From contig CAVVLG010000002.1 of assembly GCA_963749085.1 (NCBI GenBank), positions 293,033-357,032 of the forward strand: DNA of 64,000 bases, in the 5' to 3' direction. This DNA comes from Candidatus Adlerbacteria bacterium (lineage in GTDB: Bacteria > Patescibacteriota > Minisyncoccia > Phycocordibacterales > SBAW01). The notes under the pieces are model-generated. The model made no database searches. It was not told where the DNA came from and saw only the letters and a list, made by a program, of their open reading frames with translations. Positions 1 to 9,500 of this stretch are shown here, piece by piece; within the stretch, counting starts at the first letter, position 1, and each line of letters begins with the position of its first letter. A program made the position numbers and the translations under genes.

Positions 1-878
1 TCTGGCAGCTCAATGTCGACCTTTTCGGCAGCACCTCCTTTTTCGCCGACGCGGAGATGATTGGGATGGCTTACGGGCTTATGACTACGTTCGGCGCCAC
101 CGAGAGCGACTTCGTCATTAAAGTCGGGAGCCGCGCGTTTCTTGATGCTCTGGTGAAGGAACTTAAACTCTCCGAGAGCAACGCGAAGCACCTATTCTCG
201 CTGCTCGACCGCCGAGGCAAACTACCGCGCGAAGCATTCGAGGCACATCTCAGGGAACTCAATATCCCGAATGACAGCCTCTTCCCTTCAGAGCCCCCGG
301 CTGAGATAGCGAAGTTGATACGGAAATTCCGCGACGCGGCAGGCATCAAAAACATAGTCTACGACCCTTCCATAGTGCGGGGCTTCGCCTACTACAGCGG
401 CATGGTATTTGAAGTCTTTGATACGAATACCAAAAATAGCCGCGCGCTCATGGGCGGCGGCCGCTATGACAATCTGACCAAGCTCTTTGACGACGAGCCG
501 CTTCCGGGAGTCGGCTTTGCCGTGGGGGATGAGACGATGCGACTCTTTTTGGAGTCGCGCGGGCTTCTTCCCGCCTATCGGCCCCCTGCGCAGGTATATA
601 TCGCCATTACGTCGCCCGACGTGGCGTGGGAAGCACAGGAATTTGCTGCAAAGCTGCGCATACAAGGCGTAAACGTAGCCGTTGATTTTGGGGAGAAAAA
701 ACTGGGGGATCAGATAAAGGTGGCGAACAAGCACAAGATCCCGTTCGTTATCGTTCTGGGGCCTGAAGAGCTCGCCTTAGGAGAGGTACGCATCAAAGAA
801 CTCGCGACTGGGAAGGAGAGCAAACTCTCTAAAGAAGGGCTCGCAGAATTTTTTCTTAATCTTGAACGTACCCCATGA
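1..878 (+). CDS. hisS: histidyl-tRNA synthetase, C-terminal part (5' end outside the window)
   Basis: The frame is open from the window start. It carries the class II aaRS motif GGGRYDNL and the C-terminal anticodon-binding region (VIVLGPEELA...). The stop overlaps the next gene by ATGA. Confidence 0.85.
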   Translation, partial: WQLNVDLFGSTSFFADAEMIGMAYGLMTTFGATESDFVIKVGSRAFLDALVKELKLSESNAKHLFSLLDRRGKLPREAFEAHLRELNIPNDSLFPSEPPAEIAKLIRKFRDAAGIKNIVYDPSIVRGFAYYSGMVFEVFDTNTKNSRALMGGGRYDNLTKLFDDEPLPGVGFAVGDETMRLFLESRGLLPAYRPPAQVYIAITSPDVAWEAQEFAAKLRIQGVNVAVDFGEKKLGDQIKVANKHKIPFVIVLGPEELALGEVRIKELATGKESKLSKEGLAEFFLNLERTP

Positions 879-1447
879 GAATCCTGACCTTCGACATCGA
901 AACCGAGGGCGAATTTCTTCCCAACGGTGATTTTTCAAATTTGGAAATAACCGTCGTGGGACTTCACGACAGCGAAACGAACACGTTCTCCTCCTACCTC
1001 AAGAAAGACTTCCCGAAGCTCTGGCCGCTTATCGAGCGCGCCGACCTTTTGGTAGGCTACAACAGCGAGCATTTCGACATTCCTATTCTCAACAAATACT
1101 ATTCGGGCGACCTCTCGAAAATACAGGGGGTCGATTTGCTGAAGGAGGTAAAGAATGTCATCGGCAGGAGGCTCAAACTCGACAATCTCGCCCAATCGAC
1201 CCTCGGCAAGAAAAAAAGCGCCGACGGACTTCAGGCGCAAAAGTGGTGGAAAGAGGGGCAGGTTGAGAAAGTGCGCGCTTACTGCCTCAATGATGTGAAA
1301 ATAACGAAGGAGCTGTATGAGTACGCCAAAGCGCATGGGATACTGAAATACATGGATTTCGACGGGCCGCGCGAGGTAAAGCTCAACACCAGCACCTGGG
1401 AGGAAGTGTCGCATGCCCCTGCACTCACCCACACCTTGCCGTTTTAA
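875..1447 (+). CDS. DEDD-family 3'-5' exonuclease (RNase H-like fold, YprB/PolB-exo-like)
   Basis: FDIETEG (Exo I), YNSEHFDIPIL (Exo II) and YCLNDV (Exo III, Y-x3-D). There is a 4-nt ATGA overlap with hisS. Confidence 0.6.
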   Translation: MRILTFDIETEGEFLPNGDFSNLEITVVGLHDSETNTFSSYLKKDFPKLWPLIERADLLVGYNSEHFDIPILNKYYSGDLSKIQGVDLLKEVKNVIGRRLKLDNLAQSTLGKKKSADGLQAQKWWKEGQVEKVRAYCLNDVKITKELYEYAKAHGILKYMDFDGPREVKLNTSTWEEVSHAPALTHTLPF

Positions 1448-1472
1448 ACACCCTTGTTAAAATGACTTCTAT

Positions 1473-2222
1473 ATGAAAACAGAATACATACTCCCCATTA
1501 CGATAGTAGTCGCCGGCCTTCTCATCGCCGGAGCGGTGTTTTTCCTCGGCAAAACGGGAACGTCAACCACTACCTCCAACGGACAGCCGCAGGCGATAAA
1601 CTTCGTTCCGTATAACCCCGCCACCGACCACGTCCTAGGCAACCCCAACGCCCCGGTCATTGTCATTGAGTACGCCGACCTTGAATGCCCGTACTGCAAA
1701 CAATTCCAGGTGACGATGAATCAGGTCATGGACTACTACGGTCAGTCCGGACAAGTGGCGTGGGTGTACCGCCCGTTCCCGCTCGCGCAGATTCACTCCA
1801 AAGCGCCTGAAGAAGCGGAGGCCGCGGAGTGCGCGGCCGATCAGGGAGGGAGCGCTGAGTACTTCAAATATATCGACCAAATCTACGCTATAACGCCCTC
1901 GGAGAATGGGCTTGATTTAAGCGAGCTGCCGGCCATAGCGCAAGAGCAAGGACTTGATATGACACAGTTCAACCAGTGCCTCTCAAGCGGAAAATATGCG
2001 CAAAAAGTACAGGACAGCTACAACGACGCAATAGCCGCGGGTGGTACCGGCACGCCGTTTATTCTCATTACCGTGCAGGGTTCCAAAGATGCCATTCCGC
2101 TTGAGGGAGCTCAGCCCTATGACTCCATGCGCGCGGCCATTGATGCAGTCTTGGCAACGCTCCCCGGAGGCTCCACGACGGGCAGTACCACTCTAACCAC
2201 TGCTCCGGCAACTACCCAGTAG
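1473..2222 (+). CDS. DsbA/BdbD-like thiol:disulfide oxidoreductase, membrane anchored
   Basis: An N-terminal TM helix. A thioredoxin-fold CPYC active site lies inside PVIVIEYADLECPYCKQF. GTPFILI is also present. Confidence 0.7.
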   Translation: MKTEYILPITIVVAGLLIAGAVFFLGKTGTSTTTSNGQPQAINFVPYNPATDHVLGNPNAPVIVIEYADLECPYCKQFQVTMNQVMDYYGQSGQVAWVYRPFPLAQIHSKAPEEAEAAECAADQGGSAEYFKYIDQIYAITPSENGLDLSELPAIAQEQGLDMTQFNQCLSSGKYAQKVQDSYNDAIAAGGTGTPFILITVQGSKDAIPLEGAQPYDSMRAAIDAVLATLPGGSTTGSTTLTTAPATTQ

Positions 2223-2223
2223 C

Positions 2224-3111
2224 CTATTCCTTTATCAGGCCCAACCGGTAGATATCGAAAGAATTTTCGCCCTCAAATAAGTCCGAAGGGTTCGGAAGGT
2301 AGACGCGCGTTCTAGAGATCTCTTGCGTTGCATCCTTAATAAGCCGGTGAAAAAGCAAAAATTCTTCGCGGCAATCGGCGAAAGTGATGACGTAGCGCCG
2401 CATCTGGCTTCTGCCGTCTAGGTTCTTGGTCTTTTTAACTTCATGCACGATAAAACGGCCGACCTTTTTGCCGAACTTCTCCTTCACCGTGTAGTAATTA
2501 AACAGTGCTTGGATGACAAAGAGTGTCTTAAAAGCACCCTTGGAACTGAAGGAATCGACAAATTTATGGTCGACGATATCGAGCGCCTTGGGCTCTATTT
2601 TGGAGCGCACGACCAGATCGGAAACCGCTTTTAGGGGAAGGGGTAATCCGGGAACCTTAGCGGTCATCTTTACTTCCACACCCACCACGTCATAGCGGGG
2701 TGGGTGCGCGAGATAGAAAGACATCATTTGCAGATACTCTCGTTCCATTTTCGCTCGTCTCTTCTTCTTGGCCGCCCGCGACTCTGCTTTGCCGAAATTA
2801 ATTTCGAAATCCGGCACCGAGCGCAAAGACTGCAAACCCAGCGCGACTGCTCCTTCTTTGTCTATGCCACCGTAAAAATTCTGAAGCGCCACATGACCTG
2901 CGCGGCCAACAATGCCCGAGGGACTCGACGGGGTGTCGTATATTTCTTTCACGAAGCGCTTGTACCAAGCCAGGGGGTTGCGCAAGAAGGCCATGAGCGA
3001 GGAGTGACTCCAATGGGTAATGGGAAGCTTGTGTTTTGCTCCGCGTGCCATGACCCCAATACTAGCCGAAATTCTTGCATAATTCATGCCGATAGGATAG
3101 AAAGAGACCAT
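2224..3111 (-). CDS. PD-(D/E)XK nuclease superfamily protein
   Basis: An N-terminal HWSHSSLMAFLRNPLAWYKRFV RecB-like motif. A downstream D...DHK triad (SDLVV...ALDIVDHK). No Cys cluster, so not Cas4. Confidence 0.4.
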   Translation of the reverse strand: MVSFYPIGMNYARISASIGVMARGAKHKLPITHWSHSSLMAFLRNPLAWYKRFVKEIYDTPSSPSGIVGRAGHVALQNFYGGIDKEGAVALGLQSLRSVPDFEINFGKAESRAAKKKRRAKMEREYLQMMSFYLAHPPRYDVVGVEVKMTAKVPGLPLPLKAVSDLVVRSKIEPKALDIVDHKFVDSFSSKGAFKTLFVIQALFNYYTVKEKFGKKVGRFIVHEVKKTKNLDGRSQMRRYVITFADCREEFLLFHRLIKDATQEISRTRVYLPNPSDLFEGENSFDIYRLGLIKE

Positions 3112-3279
3112 ACAGTCCTACGGGTGAGGTGTGCAATGTGTGGAGTTATCTTCGCTCTTACTATCGTAGCGGTGGTCATATGGGTGCTATATCCTTCCTT
3201 CCGGCGTTGGAACGGGGTTGAAGAAACGCGAAAAAGTAATGCGCTCCGAAGACAATTCGGAGAAGAAAGAAGGACACGA

Positions 3280-3308
3280 AAAACCCCGCACTGAGTGCGG
3301 GGTTTTTG
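3280..3308. terminator. bidirectional rho-independent terminator (downstream of rpoD)
   Basis: AAAA-CCCCGCACTGAGTGCGGGG-TTTTT. A GC stem flanked by an A-run and a T-run. Confidence 0.6.
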
Positions 3309-3309
3309 C

Positions 3310-4548
3310 TTAATAACTTCTCAGCTGTTTTGCCTTTTCGTGGGTGCGGATGCGCTCGAGCGCTTTGGCCTCTATCTGGCGAATACGCTCGCGCGTGACG
3401 CCAAATTTCTTCCCTACCTCTTCGAGCGTGTGATAAATGCCGTCTTCGAGTCCATGGCGCAGCTTCAAAATCTCACGCTCCTTCGGCGAGAGCTCATCAA
3501 GTATCTCGCGCAGCTGATCCCCTAGAATCCTCCGGGATACTTCTTGATCCGGCGAAAGTATCTTGTCGTCTTTTATGAAATCGCCCAACACCGACTTGCC
3601 GTCGTCGTCATCGGATCCGACCGGACTCTCAAGTGACACCGTATCCTGATCAATCTTCTCTATCTGATAGACTTTTTCTACATCAATCCCCATCTCAAGC
3701 GCCACCTCCTCGGCCAAAGGGTCGCGGCCTAGATCCTGGGAGAGTCGACGGGACACTTGCTTGTATTTAGCTATCGTTTCGACCATGTGCACCGGAATGC
3801 GAATGGTGCGGCTCTGATCCGCGAGCGCCCTTGTTATTGCCTGACGTATCCACCAGGTGGCGTAGGTTGAAAATTTATAGCCCTTGGTGTAGTCGAACTT
3901 ATCCACCGCCTTGAAGAGGCCGAGATTCCCCTCCTGTATGAGATCAAGGAGGGTCAAGTCCGGAGATCGGCCCACGTATTTCTTCGCAATGGAGACCACA
4001 AGGCGCAAGTTCGCGCGAGCGAGGAGATTCCTGGCTTCCCCATCACCGTCGACGATACGCTTGGCGAGGTCGCGCTCGTCCTGGGCGTTGAGGAGCGGAT
4101 ATTTCCCTATCTCGCGCAAATACATCTGAATGGAGTCGTACTGGGAATCGGAGCGGGAATAGCCTTTCTCGACCAATTGCTCGTCGTTCATGTCGAGCAT
4201 GCCGCCGCCCTCAAGCACGTCGATGCCGGCCACCGAGAACTTCTCGTAAAGCTCCTCAAGAAACATGACGTCGCTCTCAATGGTCGGAAAACTTTTGAGA
4301 ATTTCATCGTACGTGACGAACCCGCGCTGGCGACCGCGGGCGAGCAACACCTCAGCCTTTCGGTTCTGTTCGAGGACCTTTTTTGAGACCTTTACTGGGA
4401 CGACCACCTTCACAGAGACTTTTTTTGAGCCTTTTTTAGGCGCTAACCGACCGCGACGCTTGGCGGCTGCAGTGCGAAATTTCTTAGCTTTAGACACTGC
4501 GCTCGCGCGCCTAAGGGCCCGCCTCGTCCTTTTTTTCTTTTTCACCAT
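3310..4548 (-). CDS. rpoD: RNA polymerase sigma-70 factor RpoD with a Lys/Arg-rich N-terminal extension
   Basis: Region 1.2 ([10 protein letters not shown]), region 2 ([40 protein letters not shown]) and region 4 are present. The first ~60 aa are KKKKRTRR...[11 protein letters not shown]. Confidence 0.9.
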   Translation of the reverse strand: MVKKKKRTRRALRRASAVSKAKKFRTAAAKRRGRLAPKKGSKKVSVKVVVPVKVSKKVLEQNRKAEVLLARGRQRGFVTYDEILKSFPTIESDVMFLEELYEKFSVAGIDVLEGGGMLDMNDEQLVEKGYSRSDSQYDSIQMYLREIGKYPLLNAQDERDLAKRIVDGDGEARNLLARANLRLVVSIAKKYVGRSPDLTLLDLIQEGNLGLFKAVDKFDYTKGYKFSTYATWWIRQAITRALADQSRTIRIPVHMVETIAKYKQVSRRLSQDLGRDPLAEEVALEMGIDVEKVYQIEKIDQDTVSLESPVGSDDDDGKSVLGDFIKDDKILSPDQEVSRRILGDQLREILDELSPKEREILKLRHGLEDGIYHTLEEVGKKFGVTRERIRQIEAKALERIRTHEKAKQLRSY

Positions 4549-4572
4549 CCGAAATATTATAGCACAAAAGCG

Positions 4573-6237
4573 TTATTTGCGCAGCTCCTCTCCACGGCGG
4601 GCGAGTTCGTGAAGAAGTTTGGTGTCTGCGCCCGCGTGTGCGATCGCTTCGCGGTTGAGTATGCGCTCGATATCGTTGAGCATATCGTTTGCAAGTGCGG
4701 CCTCCGAGGTTTGCTCTCCCAATTCCGTATCGAACTTAAAGCGGAAGTATTCGCTTTGTGGCGTATACGTTTTTGTTATATCAGAGAGACGTTTCTCTCC
4801 GATAAGTTCCTGCAATCGCTTTCCCACGGTAGCATCCTTGCCGAAGTGAAAGAGTAACATCGCTGCTTTTTTATCAAGCGGCGCTACAGCTTCTTGTGTG
4901 GAAATGGGAGCCACTTCCTCCTCCAGGGGAGGAGCAGTGGGGTGCTTCAGAACCTCTATGCGTACTGCCGATTCTGGGACTGAGAGCCGCATCGCCACCA
5001 GGTGGATAAAATATTCCCGTTCAATAGCGCTCCCCACCGCAGAGATAAGCGGCAACACCTGGAACTCCACCGTTTTCTTATATGCGCGCTCATCGCGTGC
5101 GGAAGGCTGGAGCGCATCGAGGAAGAACTCTATTGCCGTTTTTGACGTGCGTATCGCGGCTTTCAGGAGCTCCGGATTTTGTCTTGCCATATCGGCCGGA
5201 TCCCGCCCGGGCGGAAAGGTGGGTACTTTGACGTCAAAGCCTCCTGAAAGCGCCATAGAGGCGTTTTTAAGCCCTGCACGGAGGCCTGCGGCATCTGAAT
5301 CAAGCGCCAAGACCAGGCGTTTTGAAAATCTCCCTAAAAGCGAGAGATGTTCGGGAGTGAGTGCCGTTCCTGATAGTGCCACGGCGAAGGGAAGCCCCGA
5401 TTGATGAGCCATGATGACATCGAACTGTCCTTCAACGAGTAAAATGCAGTCGGCTTTGCGGATACTATTTTTTGCTTTATCGAGGCCATAGAGCACCCGT
5501 GATTTTCTAAACAGCAGCGTCTCGGGCGAATTCACATATTTGGAGGGTTCACCTTCGATGCTGCCTGGCGCTTTCTCAAAAAACCGCCCAGAAAACGCTA
5601 TGACGTCTCCTCCAAGATCAAAGAGGGGGAACATGATGCGCCCGCGAAAACGGTCGTATATTTCAGCGGCTTTTTTCTCGGACTTGATGCCAAAACCTGC
5701 CTCTATGACTTCTTCCACTGTAAATCCTTTGAGTTTCAGATGTTCGATGAGTGAATTCCATGTGGCCGGAGCGAAGCCCAGGCGCCAGGTTTTCCGCGTC
5801 TCCTCGGTGACACCGCGCACTTTAATGTATGTCTGTACATCTTTTCTTTTTACCAATTCGCCTTCAAAAAACTGCACCGCCGCCTCGCATACTTCTCGCA
5901 GACGCTCCTCCTTTTCTTTGCGCTCGGGTGTGGAACTGAAGCCCGAGCGGGGCGTAAGCTTCACTCCTGCCTTGTCGGCCAATTGCTTCAGCGCGGTCGG
6001 GAAATCTGTGCCTTCCATTTTCTGTACAAAAGAAAATATATCGCCCTTTTCTCCGCAGCCAAAACAGATGTAGGTGCCGCGCTCGGGCGAAACCATGAAC
6101 GATGGCGTCCGCTCTTTGTGAAATGGGCACCGGGCAATGTAATTACGCCCGGTTTTTTTCAACTGTACATACTGTCCCACTATGTCGACGATGGAAAGTC
6201 GGTCTTTGATTTTCTGTACATCGGAATCTGTGGCCAT
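4573..6237 (-). CDS. dnaG: DNA primase DnaG
   Basis: Zinc-finger CPFHKERTPSFMV...CFGCGEKGD. TOPRIM EGQFDVI. The start is placed at MATDSDVQ (ATG at 6237). The ORF track extends 59 aa further to 6414 with no conserved sequence. dnaG-rpoD is the classic pairing. Confidence 0.8.
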   Translation of the reverse strand: MATDSDVQKIKDRLSIVDIVGQYVQLKKTGRNYIARCPFHKERTPSFMVSPERGTYICFGCGEKGDIFSFVQKMEGTDFPTALKQLADKAGVKLTPRSGFSSTPERKEKEERLREVCEAAVQFFEGELVKRKDVQTYIKVRGVTEETRKTWRLGFAPATWNSLIEHLKLKGFTVEEVIEAGFGIKSEKKAAEIYDRFRGRIMFPLFDLGGDVIAFSGRFFEKAPGSIEGEPSKYVNSPETLLFRKSRVLYGLDKAKNSIRKADCILLVEGQFDVIMAHQSGLPFAVALSGTALTPEHLSLLGRFSKRLVLALDSDAAGLRAGLKNASMALSGGFDVKVPTFPPGRDPADMARQNPELLKAAIRTSKTAIEFFLDALQPSARDERAYKKTVEFQVLPLISAVGSAIEREYFIHLVAMRLSVPESAVRIEVLKHPTAPPLEEEVAPISTQEAVAPLDKKAAMLLFHFGKDATVGKRLQELIGEKRLSDITKTYTPQSEYFRFKFDTELGEQTSEAALANDMLNDIERILNREAIAHAGADTKLLHELARRGEELRK

Positions 6238-6517
6238 AGGGGTATAGTATATCACTTGACAGGTAAGCGATTTTGGATGTACGGTTTTAGGCGAATATGA
6301 ACCTTGGAGGTGACTTATGGGCGAAAGTCCGGAAGTTTCTTTTTTCAGGAGACACCGAGCTGCGTTTATCATGCTCGGATTCATCCTGGTGATCGCCTTC
6401 CTATCAATCTTCAATTAGCCACAAAGCCGCGCGATTGATGGCTATCACGGCTCCGTGCGATGACTAGCCCAAAACGCCGCCCCGAAGGGGACGGCGTTTC
6501 TTTGCATATAGATACTT

Positions 6518-9500
6518 CTATTCCCTCGACAGCGCTACACGCTCGCGTCTTTCCGTAACTTCCCCGGCGGCCACGGGTGCATATTTCTCCACAATTTTTG
6601 ATTTCGGCGAACCTTTGAATCCGGTACCCGCCGGAATAAGGCGGCCGATAATCACGTTTTCTTTCAGCCCCTGCAGATGGTCAACCGCACCGTAAATGGC
6701 CGCGCGGATAAGCATGCGGGTGGTGTTCTGGAATGAGGCGGCCGAGAGGAAGGAGGCGCGAGAGAGCGAGACGTCCAAGATGCCCATAATAAGGGGCTCG
6801 CCGGTCGCTTTTTCACCGCCGCTGTCGGACACTTTCTCGTTGGTAAGCTCAAGCGCCGCCTCGCCCACGACATCTCCCTGGGAATAGTCGGTCGTGCCGG
6901 AGTTCTTTATCTTCATGCGAGAGAACATCTGCCTGACCATTACTTCGACGTGCTTGGTGGAGATATTGGCACCCTGGAGCTCATAAATTTTTACGACTTC
7001 GCTCAGAATATAGGCGACGGTTTTCTCCTTGCCGGCGTATTTGAAGAGATCGGAGAGATCCGCTGAGCCGTCGGTTAAGAGCTGGCCCTTCGCAACCTTA
7101 TCTCCCACCTTAATGAGCGGCACGCGTCGGAAATGCACCGCGTACTCTATAGTGTCTTTTTTGCTCTTGCCTTTGTGTTCGATATCGGGAGCGACGACGA
7201 TTATTTTCTCCTTCGCTTCCTCCTTCATCTCCACGACTTCGCCGGAAACTTCCGATACGAGCGCGGGATTGCGGGGAGCCCGGCGCTCAAATATTTCCTC
7301 GACGCGCGGAAGACCATGCGTCACGTCGCCACCCGCGGAAGCTGCACCGCCGGCGTGCTTGATGTTCATAGTAAGTTGGGTCCCGGGTTCTCCTATCGCT
7401 TGCGCAGCGACGGTGCCAACGGCTTCGCCGAGTCCTACCGGTTTCATGGTGCCCAAATCCGTACCATAGCACTTGGAGCAGATACCGCGGGAGGTTTTAC
7501 AGCCGACCGGCGAGCGAACGTAGACTGATGGGACGCCAAGCTCCTCGATGTGGTGCGCGTCGGCGTTAGTGATAAATTGTCCTTTTTTGTAGTGAATCTT
7601 GCCATCCACTTCTATATCAGAAGCCAAATAGCGCCCTTCAATATTTTTTGCAAGGAAGGTGCCGATACCCGAGGCGCTCTCGCGGTAGACCATGAGACCC
7701 TCTTTGGTGCCGCACTCCTCTTCGGAGACCACGATGTCTTGCGCGACGTCGAAGAGCCGGCGCGTCAAATACCCCGCCTTGGCAGTTGAAAGCGCGGTTG
7801 AGGCCAACCCCGAGCGAGAGCCATGCGTTGTGGTGAAGTAGTCAATGGGAGAGAGCCCCTCTTTCATCGATTTGGTGACGGGGAGCTCAATGGTCTCCCC
7901 CGTGGGCGAGGCGATGAGGCCTTTCATACCCACCATTTGCGTCATTTGGGCCAGAGAGCCGCGCGCACCCGAGCGCAGCATGTCGGAGACTGAGCCGTCC
8001 TTGGGGAGTGACGCAGGAATGAGCTTCTCGACGTCCGATTTTGCCGCGTGCCACACTTCCAAGTTCATGAGATAGCGTTCTTCCTCCGAGAGGAGCCCCT
8101 GCTCCCAATGCTTGGTAATGTCGTCGGATTTCTTCTGCGCCTCGGCAACGATGCCCTCTTTTTCCTTCGGGATGCGAATGTCGTCGAGCGACCACGTGAT
8201 GCCGGATTGCGTCACATAGCGGAAGCCGAAGTTCTTGATGCGGTCCATGATTTCCGGAATCTTCTCGATGTCATAGCGCAGAATCAGGTCATCGACGAGC
8301 TTCGCGAGGCTCTTTTTGTCTATCGGATAGTTAATGTAGGGGTAATCGCTCGGGAAGACGGTGTTGAAGAGGAGCCTTCCGACGGTAGTCTCGAAGAGCT
8401 GCCCGCCGAACTGCGCGTACTTCTCCTTTTCCGACGGCAGCACCTTTATTTTCGCCTGAAAGCCCACATGCCCGAAGTCGTAGGCCAAAATGGCGGAGTT
8501 CGGGTTCGGAAACGCAAGTCCTTCGCCCTTCATGCCGGCGACTTCCTTGGTCATCCAGTAGGAACCGAGCAAAATATCAAGCAGTTTGGTCGCAACCACG
8601 GGCTCGCCGTTGCCGGGTTTAAGGATATTTTTGCGCGCCGCCATGATCTCGCGCGCTTCGGCCTGCGACTCCGGGGAGAGCGGCACATGCACGGCCATCT
8701 GATCGCCGTCGAAGTCCGCGTTGAACGCCGGGCACACCAGCGGGTGAAGCTGAATAGCGTTGCCTTCAATGAGGACCGGCTGGAAGGCCTGAATGCCGAG
8801 GCGGTGGAGCGTGGGCGCGCGGTTAAGAAGCACGTATTTTTCCTTGATGACATCCTCGAGTATCGCCCAGACCTCCGGCACCCCCTCGTCTATGAGGCGT
8901 CCTGCTCCGCGGATGTTGTAGGCGAGTTCTTTCTCGAGGAGTTTGCCGATAACGAACGGGCGGAAGAGTTCAAGCGCCATGTGCTTCGGGAGTCCGCACT
9001 GATTAAGCGAGAGCTCAGGCCCAACAACGATGACCGAGCGGCCTGAATAGTCCACACGCTTGCCCAAGAGATTTTGGCGGAACAAACCGTGCTTGCCTTT
9101 GAGGTTGTCAGAGAGCGATTTCAGCGGCCGCGTGCGCGCCTGCGTCGTCGCGGAGTAGGCGGCGCCGCCGTGGCGGATAGAGTTGTCTATAAGGGCGTCC
9201 ACCGCTTCCTGGAGAATGCGCTTTTCGTTGCGCAAAATGACGTCCGGCGCATGAATATCGAGGAGTTTCTTCAATCGATTGTTGCGATTGATGACGCGGC
9301 GGTAGAGATCGTTGACGTCAGAGGTCGCATGGCGGCCGCCGTCAAGCGCCACCATAGGGCGCAAGCCCGGCGGAATGACCGGAATGCGCATGAGGAACAT
9401 CCATTCCGGGCGCACATTAGCGCGAACCATGCCGCGCAAGGTGCTGAGACGCCGTGCAAGTTTTTCGCGCTCGGCGGCGCCGCTTTTTTCAAGCGCGGTT

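Noticed and set aside
6238-6414. A 59-aa N-terminal extension of DnaG in the ORF track
   Set aside because: It has no conserved primase sequence. The Zn-finger domain begins right after the internal MATD start, which leaves a sensible 335-bp spacing from the rpoD-dnaG upstream region.
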